Below, in pieces: positions 24,781 to 33,769 of a stretch of DNA of 53,566 bases (position 1 is the stretch's first letter; each line of letters starts with the position of its first letter). A program made the translations under genes and the position numbers. The stretch spans positions 1 through 53,566 of the forward strand of contig DATLTV010000013.1 in NCBI GenBank assembly GCA_035533375.1. Direction: 5' to 3'. The stretch comes from Minisyncoccota bacterium. Lineage in GTDB: Bacteria; Patescibacteriota; Minisyncoccia; UBA6257; 2-01-FULL-56-20. A model generated the notes under the pieces. The model worked only from the letters and a program-made list of their open reading frames with translations, made no database searches and was not told the DNA's origin.

Positions 24781-25045
24781 CTCAGAAATACTCCCGCGGC
24801 CGCGTTGCGAGATGTTTTTGCGAAATGCAAGGCTTGGCGAAGGAGGTGTGCCCATGTGGCACTTCGACTGAGCCGTAACGCAGCATTTCGCAAAAACAGC
24901 CGCAACCCTTCGGGATATGGCCAATTCGGGCAAGGACTTTGTCGCTTCGCCCTCGGCGTATCGCAAGGATACGCCTTCGGACTTACTTCGCGGCCTTGCC
25001 CGAATTTGCCGATATCGCGGCCGGGAGTATTTCTGAGATGGGTTC
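24773..25045. repeat. 273-bp element bounded by 24-nt perfect terminal inverted repeats (MITE-like, candidate invertible segment, or structured RNA)
   Basis: GAACCCATCTCAGAAATACTCCCG (24773-24796) is the exact reverse complement of 25022-25045. Internal perfect stems are TTTTTGCGAAATGC/GCATTTCGCAAAAA and ATTCGGGCAAGG (24924-24935)/CCTTGCCCGAAT (24984-24995). Confidence 0.8.
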
Positions 25046-25276
25046 TGGCATGCCGTTTTTTTCGATTTCAATATTGATCCACTGCGATCTTTCATGAAGC
25101 TAACAAATAAGCCGGCCGCGGTGATGATCGCACGAAGGGCGAACCCCTCTCCGGTTCCTTCACATGATTCTCACCGAAAGAGGAGAAGAGTGACAATATT
25201 CATTAATTAAAAAAGAACCTATCTCAAAAATATCGCTGGTCGGCGGTGCGTTTGTAACAGGTCCTACATTAAAAAC

Positions 25277-28200
25277 ATGCTGCAAAAAAAATTGGGTGCG
25301 AGGGCGGCGGGGATGGTCGTGGCAGGAAGTATATTAACGGTCGTTGCGGTTTTTGCGGGGTCCCTCGGGCTTACGCACGCGGACACGCTCCCGGGCGTGA
25401 CGCTCGACACGTGGAGCGGGAAGCCGGGAACGATGGTAAATGTATCGGGATGGAATTTCCTCCCGGGCGAAACGGTGGATATTTTTTTGAATACTACTTC
25501 GAGCACGGCCGTTGCGACGACGACGGTGGCGGATAGCAGTTTGTTCGGTCCGGTCACGATCACGATCCCGGCGCTGCCGCAGGGGAACCTGGCGATCGTG
25601 GGCGTCGGCGCGTCTTCGGGTGTCTCGGCTTCGAATGCTTTTTATGTTGATGGATTGCAGCCCGCGATAACGCTCGGCGGTTCCGCAAACACTCCGGGCA
25701 GTGCGCTTCCCGTAAGCGGCACGGGCTTCGCGCCGAATGAAGGGGTGACGCTCTCTTTGGCGGGCGCGTCGCAGAATACTTCCGCCGATGCTTCGGGCGC
25801 ATTCAGCGCATCGTTCATCATTCCCTTCGCCGCTCCCCAGACGTACGTGTTCCAGGCGATCGGACAGGGCACGCATGCGGATGCATTTGCCTATTTCTTC
25901 ATCGGGGGTTTCTTTTCGAACGCAAGTCCTTCGCTGTATTATCTTTCGCCGGGCACCATGCTTTCTTTCAATGGTTCGGGCTTCGGGTCGGGTGAAACAG
26001 TGAATGTGCTCGACGGCAGTTCCACAGTTTCTTCGCTCACGGCTGACGCTTCGGGAAATTTCTCGAATGCCGGCGGATTTATGATCCCATTCAACGAAAC
26101 GACGGGACAGCATATGTTTACTCTGGTTGGCGCAACGAGCCATGCGCAGGCGACGGTCACGGTGACGATCGCGCCATTCGCGCCGCTGATTACGCCGTCG
26201 ACGTATAACCTTCTTCCCGGCGCCACGATCGATTTTTCGGGAAGCGGTTTCGGAATGAATGAAATTGTCGACGTCTATGAAACCGGCAGCGCGACCCCCG
26301 TCGCGAGCACGACGGCCGATGCGAGCGGCGCTTTCGGGACGGTCGGAACAATCACGATCCCGCAGAATGCGGGCGGAGAGCAAATAACGTTTACATTGAA
26401 GGGCGAACAGAGCAACGCTTCGGCTGTATTTACGCTTGCCGTGCAGTCCCTGAATTCCCTCGTCACGCCGTCGGCGTATTTCATCCTTCCCGGTGGAACG
26501 CTCACATTCTCCGGCAGCGGTTTCGCCGCGAGCGAAACAGTCGATGTCTTTGAGGGCGATGTGACCACGACGCTCGCGAGTTTTTCCACCGATGCGAGCG
26601 GCACATTTTCGAACGCCGGCGGGTTTACGATCCCGTTTGCGTGGGCGGGAAGCTCGCGCACGTTGCGTTTGCACGGTGAAACGAGCGATACGGATGCGGC
26701 GACCGGCGTTACGATCAGCACCTTTTCCGCCAACGTGTCCGCATCGCTTTATTATGCGTTTCCCGGCCAGACGGTGAACTTTACCGGCTCGGGCTTCGCG
26801 GATAACGAAACAATAAATATTGTGAATGCTTCGACAAGCGCCGTGCTTGCGACGGCGACGGCCGACGGCGCAGGCGCATTCTCAAACGCCGCAACGATCA
26901 CGCTTCCCTTTATGTCCGGTTCGAGCCTCGATCTTCTGATTGAAGGCGCGCAAAGCGGCGTAGCGGCTCCGCTTTCGATCACGCTCGCGCCGTTTACGCC
27001 CGCGATCACCCCTTCGGTATATTTCTTACAGCGCAATGAAGCGTTCACGATTGACGGAACGGCTTTCGCGCCGAATGAGTCGGTAAAGGTTTCCGCCATC
27101 GGCAATGCGCCGGTCATGATTTCCTCGGATTCCACGGGCGCGATACACGGTGCGTCGCTTATCGTTCCGCTTTCCGCGACCGATCTGCTCACGATCACCG
27201 CCAAGGGACAATCGAGCGGCGCTTCCGCTTCGACCGCGATCACCGTGGGCAATCTCGTTCCGCGGGTTGTGACCACAAGCACACTTATGATTTCTTTGAA
27301 TGTCGTGAATACCGCAGGCGGCTCGGCGACCTCATCCGATTTCACGGTGAATGTCGCCGGCGCGGATGCGAATCCCGCTTCTTTCCCGGGCGATGCTTCG
27401 GGCACGACTATTGTAGTCGACGCCGACACGTCATATGCGATCACGGCGAGTTCTTCGATGGCCGATTATACAATGAGCGCCGCCGGTAATTGCACCGGCA
27501 CGATTCTCACGGGCGCGAGCGATAGCTGTGCGATCACGGAAGCATTTGTGTTCGTGCCTTCCCTCATAATTACTCCGGCATCGTTGCCGGATGGCACGGT
27601 GAATATGGCATACAGCGAAGCGATAAATACTTCGGCGAATTCCGCGGGGCCGATTATATGGAGCGTGGCGTCTGGCACCTTGCCTGACGGTTTCGCACTC
27701 GATACGACGGCGACGGGCACGACGATGACGTTCTCGGGTACGCCGACCGCGGCCGGCATATTCGATTTCGTGATTAAAGCCGCGGACAGTTCCATTTCTT
27801 CGACGCAAGAATATACGATAAATATCGCTGCCGCGGCGCCGCCGGTCACGGTAGTTTCGAATGCGCAACCGGTTGCCAATTACGGTGGTGGCGGCGGGGG
27901 AGGAGGCGGAAGCTGGTATTACACCACGCCGATTCCGACAGTACACACATTAGGGACAGTCTTGGGCGCGAGCACGGTTGCGACGGATCCCTCTTCCACG
28001 ATCGCATTGCTTCAAAGCCTCGAAGCGCAGCTCGTCACGCTCGAACAGGAGCTTGTAGCCCGGCAATTCAAAGACGCGTCCTGCATATTCGCCTTCAACG
28101 ATAATCTTTCACAGGGGATGACATCGAGTGACGTGAAGCATCTTCAGGAAGCGATGAATTACAGCGGATTTACGCAGATCGCCGCCGCTGGCGCGGGATC

Positions 28201-28369
28201 GCCCGGGAATGAATCGATCTACTTCGGCCCCGCGACGAAGAAAGCCGTGATCGCGTTCCAGGATCTCTTCGCGAAAGATATCCTCATGCCCGCCGGGCTT
28301 TCGGCCGGAAACGGTTTTGTGGGCGCGGCGACTCGGGCGAAGCTGAACGCGCTTTGCATCGGGCAATAA
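25277..28369 (+). CDS. 1030-aa secreted surface protein: about 7 Ig-like repeats, further Ig-like region, Gly9 hinge, C-terminal peptidoglycan-binding domain
   Basis: A signal peptide ends at LTHA. The repeat signature SGSGF(G/A)xxExV(D/N)V recurs about every 85-90 aa. LPDGTVNMAYS...GTLPDGFALD forms an Ig-like segment. GGGGGGGGG lies at 27884-27910. The tail MTSSDVKHLQEAMN...FGPATKKAVIAFQ is PG_binding_1-like. Confidence 0.85.
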   Translation: MLQKKLGARAAGMVVAGSILTVVAVFAGSLGLTHADTLPGVTLDTWSGKPGTMVNVSGWNFLPGETVDIFLNTTSSTAVATTTVADSSLFGPVTITIPALPQGNLAIVGVGASSGVSASNAFYVDGLQPAITLGGSANTPGSALPVSGTGFAPNEGVTLSLAGASQNTSADASGAFSASFIIPFAAPQTYVFQAIGQGTHADAFAYFFIGGFFSNASPSLYYLSPGTMLSFNGSGFGSGETVNVLDGSSTVSSLTADASGNFSNAGGFMIPFNETTGQHMFTLVGATSHAQATVTVTIAPFAPLITPSTYNLLPGATIDFSGSGFGMNEIVDVYETGSATPVASTTADASGAFGTVGTITIPQNAGGEQITFTLKGEQSNASAVFTLAVQSLNSLVTPSAYFILPGGTLTFSGSGFAASETVDVFEGDVTTTLASFSTDASGTFSNAGGFTIPFAWAGSSRTLRLHGETSDTDAATGVTISTFSANVSASLYYAFPGQTVNFTGSGFADNETINIVNASTSAVLATATADGAGAFSNAATITLPFMSGSSLDLLIEGAQSGVAAPLSITLAPFTPAITPSVYFLQRNEAFTIDGTAFAPNESVKVSAIGNAPVMISSDSTGAIHGASLIVPLSATDLLTITAKGQSSGASASTAITVGNLVPRVVTTSTLMISLNVVNTAGGSATSSDFTVNVAGADANPASFPGDASGTTIVVDADTSYAITASSSMADYTMSAAGNCTGTILTGASDSCAITEAFVFVPSLIITPASLPDGTVNMAYSEAINTSANSAGPIIWSVASGTLPDGFALDTTATGTTMTFSGTPTAAGIFDFVIKAADSSISSTQEYTINIAAAAPPVTVVSNAQPVANYGGGGGGGGGSWYYTTPIPTVHTLGTVLGASTVATDPSSTIALLQSLEAQLVTLEQELVARQFKDASCIFAFNDNLSQGMTSSDVKHLQEAMNYSGFTQIAAAGAGSPGNESIYFGPATKKAVIAFQDLFAKDILMPAGLSAGNGFVGAATRAKLNALCIGQ

Positions 28370-28398
28370 AGCGATTTGAGCCCATCGCGCGCATAGAT

Positions 28399-28433
28399 GC
28401 AGGCGGAAAGCACGCTTTCCGCCTGCGATTTTT
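28399..28433 (+). terminator. intrinsic terminator after the surface-protein gene
   Basis: GCAGGCGGAAAG-CACG-CTTTCCGCCTGC followed by GATTTTT. Confidence 0.65.
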
Positions 28434-28520
28434 CATATAGACCCATGGCAGTATTGACGTTTCACGCGATTGATATATGATTAGGGTACGAACTATTCGC
28501 ACGTTCCCCATAAATAAACA

Positions 28521-30062
28521 ATGAAATTTTTCTTTGCGGCGCATGCGCGCCTGCTCATCGCCATAGCGGCCGCCGCCGTACTTGTCGGAGGCGGTTATTG
28601 GTTTATCACGGCGAAACAAAGACCCGCTTTTAATTCATTTACGGTTGCCCGCGGGAATGTCGTCGAGTCGGTCGACGTGCCGGGAAATGTCCTTACCGCG
28701 AACGATGTCACGCTTTCTTTCGAGCAGGCCGGGCAGATCGCGCACGTATATATAGAAGAAGGAGATAAAGTGGCCGCGGGGTCGGTGCTTGCGGACCTCG
28801 ATGCGTCGGGGCTTCTGACCCAACTTGACGAGGCGAGCGCGACCTTCGCCGCGGCGCAAGCGAAGCTTGACGGACTCGTGAATGGCACGCGTCCGGAGCA
28901 GCTCGATATCGACAAAAGTTCCGTGGCGAGCGCGCAGGCGGCGGTGCAAACCGCTTCGAATGCGCTCATGGCGGCGGAATCGGGTGCGTACACTGCGGCG
29001 GATGATGCCGTGCGCAACGAGACCGATAATTTATTTTCCAATCCGCAAAGCGAGAATCCGGCATTCCTTGTTTCTGCGGTCGATTCCCAGCTCGTCATCG
29101 ATATTCAAGCGCAGCGCATCGCGCTCCAAACCATATTGAATAATTGGTACGCGGCGCAGAATTCCTCAAGCTCGGATCCAGGATCCCTTTCTTTGGTGGC
29201 CAACGAAAATATGCGGCAGGTGCAATCGTATCTCGATGCCATCGCGCTCGTCGTGAACGGCGCAATTCCGAATTCGACGATGACTGCATCCGTGCTCGCG
29301 GGCTATAAGTCGGACGTGACGACGGCGCGGACGGAAATTTCAGCAGCGATTACGGCGCTCACGACGGCCGAAAGCGGGCTCACGTCCGCGTCTTCGGCGC
29401 TCCAGGTCGCGAAAAATCAGCTCACGCTTGCGGAAGCGGGCGCGACGGCGCAGGATATCGAAGCGCAAAAAGCCGCGGTCGCCGAGGCGCAGGCGGGCGT
29501 AGAGTCCGCGAGGGTCGCGCTTTCACACGCCGAACTTATCGCGCCTTTCGCGGGAACCGTGAGTAATCTTACGGCGAAGGTCGGGCAGGTCGTTTCTTCC
29601 GGCGCACCGATGCTCGCGCTCACGAACAGTTCGGGACTGAAGATCGACGGATATGTTTCGGAAGCCGATGTCGCGAAAGTGAGCGTCGGCGGGAAGGCGG
29701 ACGTCACGCTCGATGCCTACGGCACGGGCACCGTTTTTTCTGCGACCGTCGCCACGGTCGCGAGCACGGAAACCACCGTGAACGGCTCGCCGGCATACGA
29801 GGTTACGCTTCATTTCACGAATCCAGACGACCGTATCCGCGCCGGGATGACGGCGAACGCGCATGTGATCGCCGCGGAACACGATGGCGTTCTTGAAGTG
29901 CCCGCGCGGCTCGTAATCTCCGCGAACGGCAGCCAGTCGGTCCTGCTTCGTAACGGCTCCGCATCGGTCACACAGCCGGTCACGACGGGTCTTGTGGGCG
30001 ATGACGGAATGATCGAAATTACCTCCGGCCTCAAAGAAGGCGACCAGATCGCCGACTTCTAA
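28521..30062 (+). CDS. HlyD/membrane-fusion-protein family efflux adaptor (long coiled-coil hairpin)
   Basis: N-terminal anchor, a lipoyl-like motif (GDKVAAGSVLADLD ... LIAPFAGTVSNL), long Ala/Gln-rich helices, and a beta-barrel C-terminus. Confidence 0.8.
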   Translation: MKFFFAAHARLLIAIAAAAVLVGGGYWFITAKQRPAFNSFTVARGNVVESVDVPGNVLTANDVTLSFEQAGQIAHVYIEEGDKVAAGSVLADLDASGLLTQLDEASATFAAAQAKLDGLVNGTRPEQLDIDKSSVASAQAAVQTASNALMAAESGAYTAADDAVRNETDNLFSNPQSENPAFLVSAVDSQLVIDIQAQRIALQTILNNWYAAQNSSSSDPGSLSLVANENMRQVQSYLDAIALVVNGAIPNSTMTASVLAGYKSDVTTARTEISAAITALTTAESGLTSASSALQVAKNQLTLAEAGATAQDIEAQKAAVAEAQAGVESARVALSHAELIAPFAGTVSNLTAKVGQVVSSGAPMLALTNSSGLKIDGYVSEADVAKVSVGGKADVTLDAYGTGTVFSATVATVASTETTVNGSPAYEVTLHFTNPDDRIRAGMTANAHVIAAEHDGVLEVPARLVISANGSQSVLLRNGSASVTQPVTTGLVGDDGMIEITSGLKEGDQIADF

Positions 30063-30066
30063 ACAC

Positions 30067-30714
30067 ATGGAACACGAAGGAAAAAATAGTGCGAAAAAAA
30101 ACAGGAAGAAAACGATCGTGCGCGCGACGATTGCCGCAGTCATTATTCTTGGCATTGGTGGTGTCGCATACTGGGATGTTTTTTCGAGTACAATCTACAT
30201 CGACCAGTCCGTGATCTCGGCGCCGCTCATTGCCCTGTCGCCGCAGAATTCTGGCGTGCTTGAACAGCTGTTCGTGAAAGAAGGCGATGTCGTGCCGGCG
30301 GACGCACCGGTCGCGCGCGTGAGTAATGAGATTGTGAAGACGAAAGACGCCGGCGTGATTGTTTTTGTCGACAATAACGTAGGCGCGTTCATAAACACGC
30401 TTACCGGCCAAGGCACTGTCGCCTCGATGATCGTGCCGGGTGACCTTCGTGTCGTGGGCCACCTCGATGAGAATAAAGGCCTTGCGGACGTCAAGGCGGG
30501 AGACGCCGCGAAATTCACGGTAGATGCTTTTGGCGGAAAGGAATTTTACGGTGTTGTGGACGAAGTGGCGCCGAGCTCGGAGCAAACCGACGTCGTGTTC
30601 AATATTTCCGACCAGCGCCCCACGAACCAATTCGACATCTACGTGCGCTTCGACCCCGCGAAATATTCCGAACTTAAGAACGGAATGTCGGCGAGGATAT
30701 GGATATATAAATAA
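30067..30714 (+). CDS. short HlyD-family adaptor lacking the coiled-coil hairpin
   Basis: N-terminal anchor, then VISAPLIALSPQNSGVLEQLFVKEGDVVPADAPVARV (lipoyl-like) and a beta-barrel segment. Only 215 aa. Confidence 0.65.
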   Translation: MEHEGKNSAKKNRKKTIVRATIAAVIILGIGGVAYWDVFSSTIYIDQSVISAPLIALSPQNSGVLEQLFVKEGDVVPADAPVARVSNEIVKTKDAGVIVFVDNNVGAFINTLTGQGTVASMIVPGDLRVVGHLDENKGLADVKAGDAAKFTVDAFGGKEFYGVVDEVAPSSEQTDVVFNISDQRPTNQFDIYVRFDPAKYSELKNGMSARIWIYK

Positions 30715-30720
30715 TTTTTG

Positions 30721-30820
30721 CGTCGTCCTCGCGAAGGCGAGGATCCACGCTCCCGGACGTTTATTTGGAAGCATGGACCCCGGCCGGAGGTTACCCCGTG
30801 CCGCGACACGGGGCCGGGGC
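30721..30820. repeat. REP-like GGATCC-type hairpins inserted between the adaptor and MFS genes
   Basis: CGTCG-TCCTCGC-GAAG-GCGAGGA-TCC, plus the nested hairpin CCCCGGCC...CCCCGTG-CCGCGA-CACGGGG-CCGGGG. Confidence 0.6.
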
Positions 30821-30831
30821 GAAAGCATTTG

Positions 30832-32328
30832 ATGGATCCAACTCAAACCAAAACAGATAATCTCCGCTGGGTCGTCCTCGCCACGGTTATTTTCGGCACG
30901 TTCCTGGGCCGGCTCGATCAGACGGTCGTAAATCTCGCGCTTCCGAAAATGCTCAGCGACTTCAGTGTCGGCGTCACGGACGTGGCGTGGATATCGACCG
31001 CATACATCCTCGCGAATGCCGTGTTTGTGCCGGTGTGGGGAAAACTCGGAGACACGGCGGGACGGAAACGCATCTACCTCATCGGCTTTTTCGGTTTTAT
31101 CGTCGCGTCCGGCCTTTGCGCTATCGCCTGGAACCTGTCATCGATGATCGTTTTCCGCATCATCCAGGGATTTGCGGTCTCCGCCGATTATCCCACGGCG
31201 ATGGCGATTCTTGCGGTCACATTCACCGAATCGAGGGAGCGGGCGCAAGCGCTCGGCATCTGGTCGGGGGCATTCGCCGTCGCGTCCGTGTTCGGCCCCC
31301 TGATCGGCGGCCCTTTGATCGATAATTTCAGCTGGCACGCCGTTTTCCTTGTAAACATTCCTCTCGGCGTCATCGGGCTCTTTCTTGCGATCAGATACAT
31401 CAGCGAATCGGTCGGCGAAAAACGCGCCGCCCATTTCGACTGGTGGGGATCGACGGCGCTCGGCGGGGCTCTTTTCGCGCTCACGCTTGTACTCGACCAG
31501 GGCCAAACATGGGGATGGCTATCGACCGCGAGCATCCTTTCTTATATCGCGACAATCGCTTTCGGCCTCGTGTTCTATTTTATCGAAATACGGGAGACCG
31601 AGCCGGTCGTCAATCTGAATTTTTTCAAGATAGGCACGTTCGTGTACACGCTTATCAATAATTTCATCGTGTTTATGGCGCTCATCGGCGCGATATTCCT
31701 CATTCCCATTTTTGCCGAAACGTTCCTCGGGTATGATGCCACGCAAACCGGTTATCTTTTTATCCCGCTCGCCATATCGCTCATGGCGGCCGCTCCAATC
31801 GGCGGTCGGCTCGTGGGTAAAATAAAACCTGCATATGTGATTTTCGGAAGCACGATTGTTGCCGGGATCGGCATGTTCCTGCTTTCCGCGATCGATCCGC
31901 GTTCGACCGCACTCGACCTGATTGTCCCGCTTTGCGTTCTGGCGTTCGGCCTCGGTTTTGGCATGGCTCAGCGCACAAATCTCGTGGCCGTCGCGGTCCC
32001 TCAAAAGGATATCGGCGAAGCGTCGGCCGTCCTCGCACTCGTGCGCAATATCTCGGGAGCGTTCGGCGTCGCCATTTTCAGCACGATACTCAGCGGCAAC
32101 ATTAGCGCGAATGTGCTCCGAATCGCACACGACAGCATTCTTCGATCGGCGAGCCCACGAGCGATCCAGCAATTCATCTCCCTCATCGAGCTTAAAGCGC
32201 AAGTCTCGGGATATGCATTCGTGTTCGACGTCGCCGGGACCGTGATTATCATCGGCGCATTCGCCGCGTTCCTTATCACCGTGCCGAAAGAAGCAATCAC
32301 CAAGGAGCATCGTGTTATCGCCGAATAA
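30832..32328 (+). CDS. MFS transporter, DHA2 (EmrB/QacA-like, 14-TMS) family
   Basis: Trimmed to ATG 30832 (MDPTQTKTDNLRWVVLATVIFGTFLGRLDQTVVNLALP...). Motif A-like GKLGDTAGRKRIY is present. Confidence 0.85.
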   Translation: MDPTQTKTDNLRWVVLATVIFGTFLGRLDQTVVNLALPKMLSDFSVGVTDVAWISTAYILANAVFVPVWGKLGDTAGRKRIYLIGFFGFIVASGLCAIAWNLSSMIVFRIIQGFAVSADYPTAMAILAVTFTESRERAQALGIWSGAFAVASVFGPLIGGPLIDNFSWHAVFLVNIPLGVIGLFLAIRYISESVGEKRAAHFDWWGSTALGGALFALTLVLDQGQTWGWLSTASILSYIATIAFGLVFYFIEIRETEPVVNLNFFKIGTFVYTLINNFIVFMALIGAIFLIPIFAETFLGYDATQTGYLFIPLAISLMAAAPIGGRLVGKIKPAYVIFGSTIVAGIGMFLLSAIDPRSTALDLIVPLCVLAFGLGFGMAQRTNLVAVAVPQKDIGEASAVLALVRNISGAFGVAIFSTILSGNISANVLRIAHDSILRSASPRAIQQFISLIELKAQVSGYAFVFDVAGTVIIIGAFAAFLITVPKEAITKEHRVIAE

Positions 32329-32344
32329 AAACCGGTCGTCCGAG

Positions 32345-32521
32345 AATCCATCCCAAAAGGAGACGTGCGGATATCGCGGGGGATTTTCGAGCAAAAAAAG
32401 CGAACTGCTCCAAAGGAGTACCTGATGGTACTTCGAGGATCAGTTCGCATTTTGCAGCCATAATGGAGCGAAGCTCCGTCAAATCACCGCGAGAACCGCA
32501 CATCTCTTTTGGGATGGAATT
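32345..32521. other. 177-nt imperfect long inverted repeat / rod-like structured element
   Basis: The outer arms CCATCCCAAAAGGAGACGTGCGG and CCGCACATCTCTTTTGGGATGG pair with 1 bulge and 1 mismatch. Successive inner stems are CGCGG..GATTT/AAATC.CCGCG, GCAAAA/TTTTGC and GCGAACTG/CAGTTCGC. There is a side hairpin GGAGC-GAA-GCTCC. Confidence 0.6.
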
Positions 32522-32621
32522 TCGACCTCAAGAAAGAACCGCAACCATTAAATCAATAAATCAGTGACGGTGTTATGAAGCGTGAAATTTCAAGAAACTG
32601 CACCTTCGACGATTTTGCGTT

Positions 32622-32825
32622 CTAAGCCGCCGCGATTGTTTCTTCGACGAGCGTATATATTTCCTCGGCCGACGGAATTTCTTCGCCTTCGTGCTTTTCC
32701 GCCATGTGCCGCGCGATGAAGTCCACGGTCATGAGCTCTTTTATTTTCTTTATCGCTTCGGCTTTATCCACTGCTTCGACCGTCGTTATGTCGCCGCAGC
32801 TGCAGGTATACCAGAACGTTTTCAT
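32622..32825 (-). CDS. small hypothetical protein (67 aa)
   Basis: MKTFWYTCSCGDITTVEAVDKAEAIKKIKELM...HMAEKH; the style recalls DUF1059-type small proteins (tentative). Confidence 0.5.
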   Translation of the reverse strand: MKTFWYTCSCGDITTVEAVDKAEAIKKIKELMTVDFIARHMAEKHEGEEIPSAEEIYTLVEETIAAA

Positions 32826-32935
32826 GTTGAATCGTAGGTTGTAAATTTATATAGACCTTTTTGTCCATCTACGTTACGTCTTGCGCATGAAAGCGGGATG
32901 AATATTCAGCTCTAAATAGAACTCATCTATAAAAC

Positions 32936-32962
32936 AAAAATCCCCGTATAACGGGGATTTTT
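32936..32962. terminator. bidirectional terminator
   Basis: AAAAATCCCCG-TATAA-CGGGGATTTTT. Confidence 0.65.
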
Positions 32963-32982
32963 GTTTGCACGGATCTGCGCCA

Positions 32983-33600
32983 TCAATAATCGGTAATCGT
33001 CGGGAGCGAGGCGAAGGTTTCCGCGGCGTCATATTCCACGACCGGCGCCGGCGTTTTCATCTTCCGGAAGAAGAGGATGCCGAGGACGATTGCGAGGACG
33101 ATGATCGCGGGCCAGACGAAGTTCTCGAGGCCTCCTACGAGCGCCGCCGATGCCACCTCGTTATTCGCGGCGGGAGCGGGAGCCAGCGCCGAAGTTTCGG
33201 GGGCCGGAGCCGCTGTGACTGCCGAAATTTGCGCGATCACGGGAGACTGTGCCGGAGCGTTCGCTTGGGCGAGCGCTTTAGACTGGTCCGCAAGCGATGC
33301 GATCGTACCGTTGAGCGCCGCGAGTTCGCCGTGAATTGCGGCAAGGTTTTCGTTCGTGCCTGCGATATCCGCGGGGGACTGGTTCGCGTCAATCTTCGCG
33401 TTCAATTCATCGAGTACGGTGCCGAGAACGGTGAGGCTCTGGCTGAGCACCTGCGTATTCGTGGCGCCCATCACCTGCGACGCCGGAAGCGATCCCGCCT
33501 GCGATGAGGCCGCCGGACCAGCTGCCTGCGCATGTGACGTGAGCCCCGCAAATCCGAAGACTGCAACAATGCCGATCGCGAGAAAAGCGATTTTTTTCAT
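32983..33600 (-). CDS. secreted Ala/Gln-rich protein with C-terminal membrane anchor (hypothetical)
   Basis: The signal peptide is MKKIAFLAIGIVAVFGFAGLTSHAQA. The C-terminal helix is WPAIIVLAIVLGILFF. Confidence 0.65.
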   Translation of the reverse strand: MKKIAFLAIGIVAVFGFAGLTSHAQAAGPAASSQAGSLPASQVMGATNTQVLSQSLTVLGTVLDELNAKIDANQSPADIAGTNENLAAIHGELAALNGTIASLADQSKALAQANAPAQSPVIAQISAVTAAPAPETSALAPAPAANNEVASAALVGGLENFVWPAIIVLAIVLGILFFRKMKTPAPVVEYDAAETFASLPTITDY

Positions 33601-33769
33601 AGTAATAGTATTTTATAAGTCGACTCTTTCCGATTGAACCGGTTCCGAAGAGAACATCGGGATCGATTCTAAATTTGCAATGTGCTTGGAGTGAACTGCG
33701 GTCAGTGTGCCATAAAAAGAGAGGAAATGCAAGCGATTTGCGTAAAAAACTTATAACCGACCTGCCTTG

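Noticed and set aside
25334-26674. 446-aa minus-strand ORF, and other long antisense ORFs (26752..27444, 27431..27946), inside the surface-protein gene
   Set aside because: Extreme Arg content (RRRR runs) and no motifs. The plus-strand frame has a signal peptide and periodic domain repeats.
27884-27910. Gly9-coding G-rich tract as a slipped-strand phase-variation switch
   Set aside because: The tract uses mixed codons (GGT GGT GGC GGC GGG GGA GGA GGC GGA). It is not a homopolymer or a perfect short tandem repeat.
32345-32521. 6S RNA assignment for the rod-like element
   Set aside because: 6S RNA needs a large central bubble with unpaired residues on both strands. Here the 5' side of the only internal loop is about 4-5 nt, so the fold is closer to a plain long hairpin.
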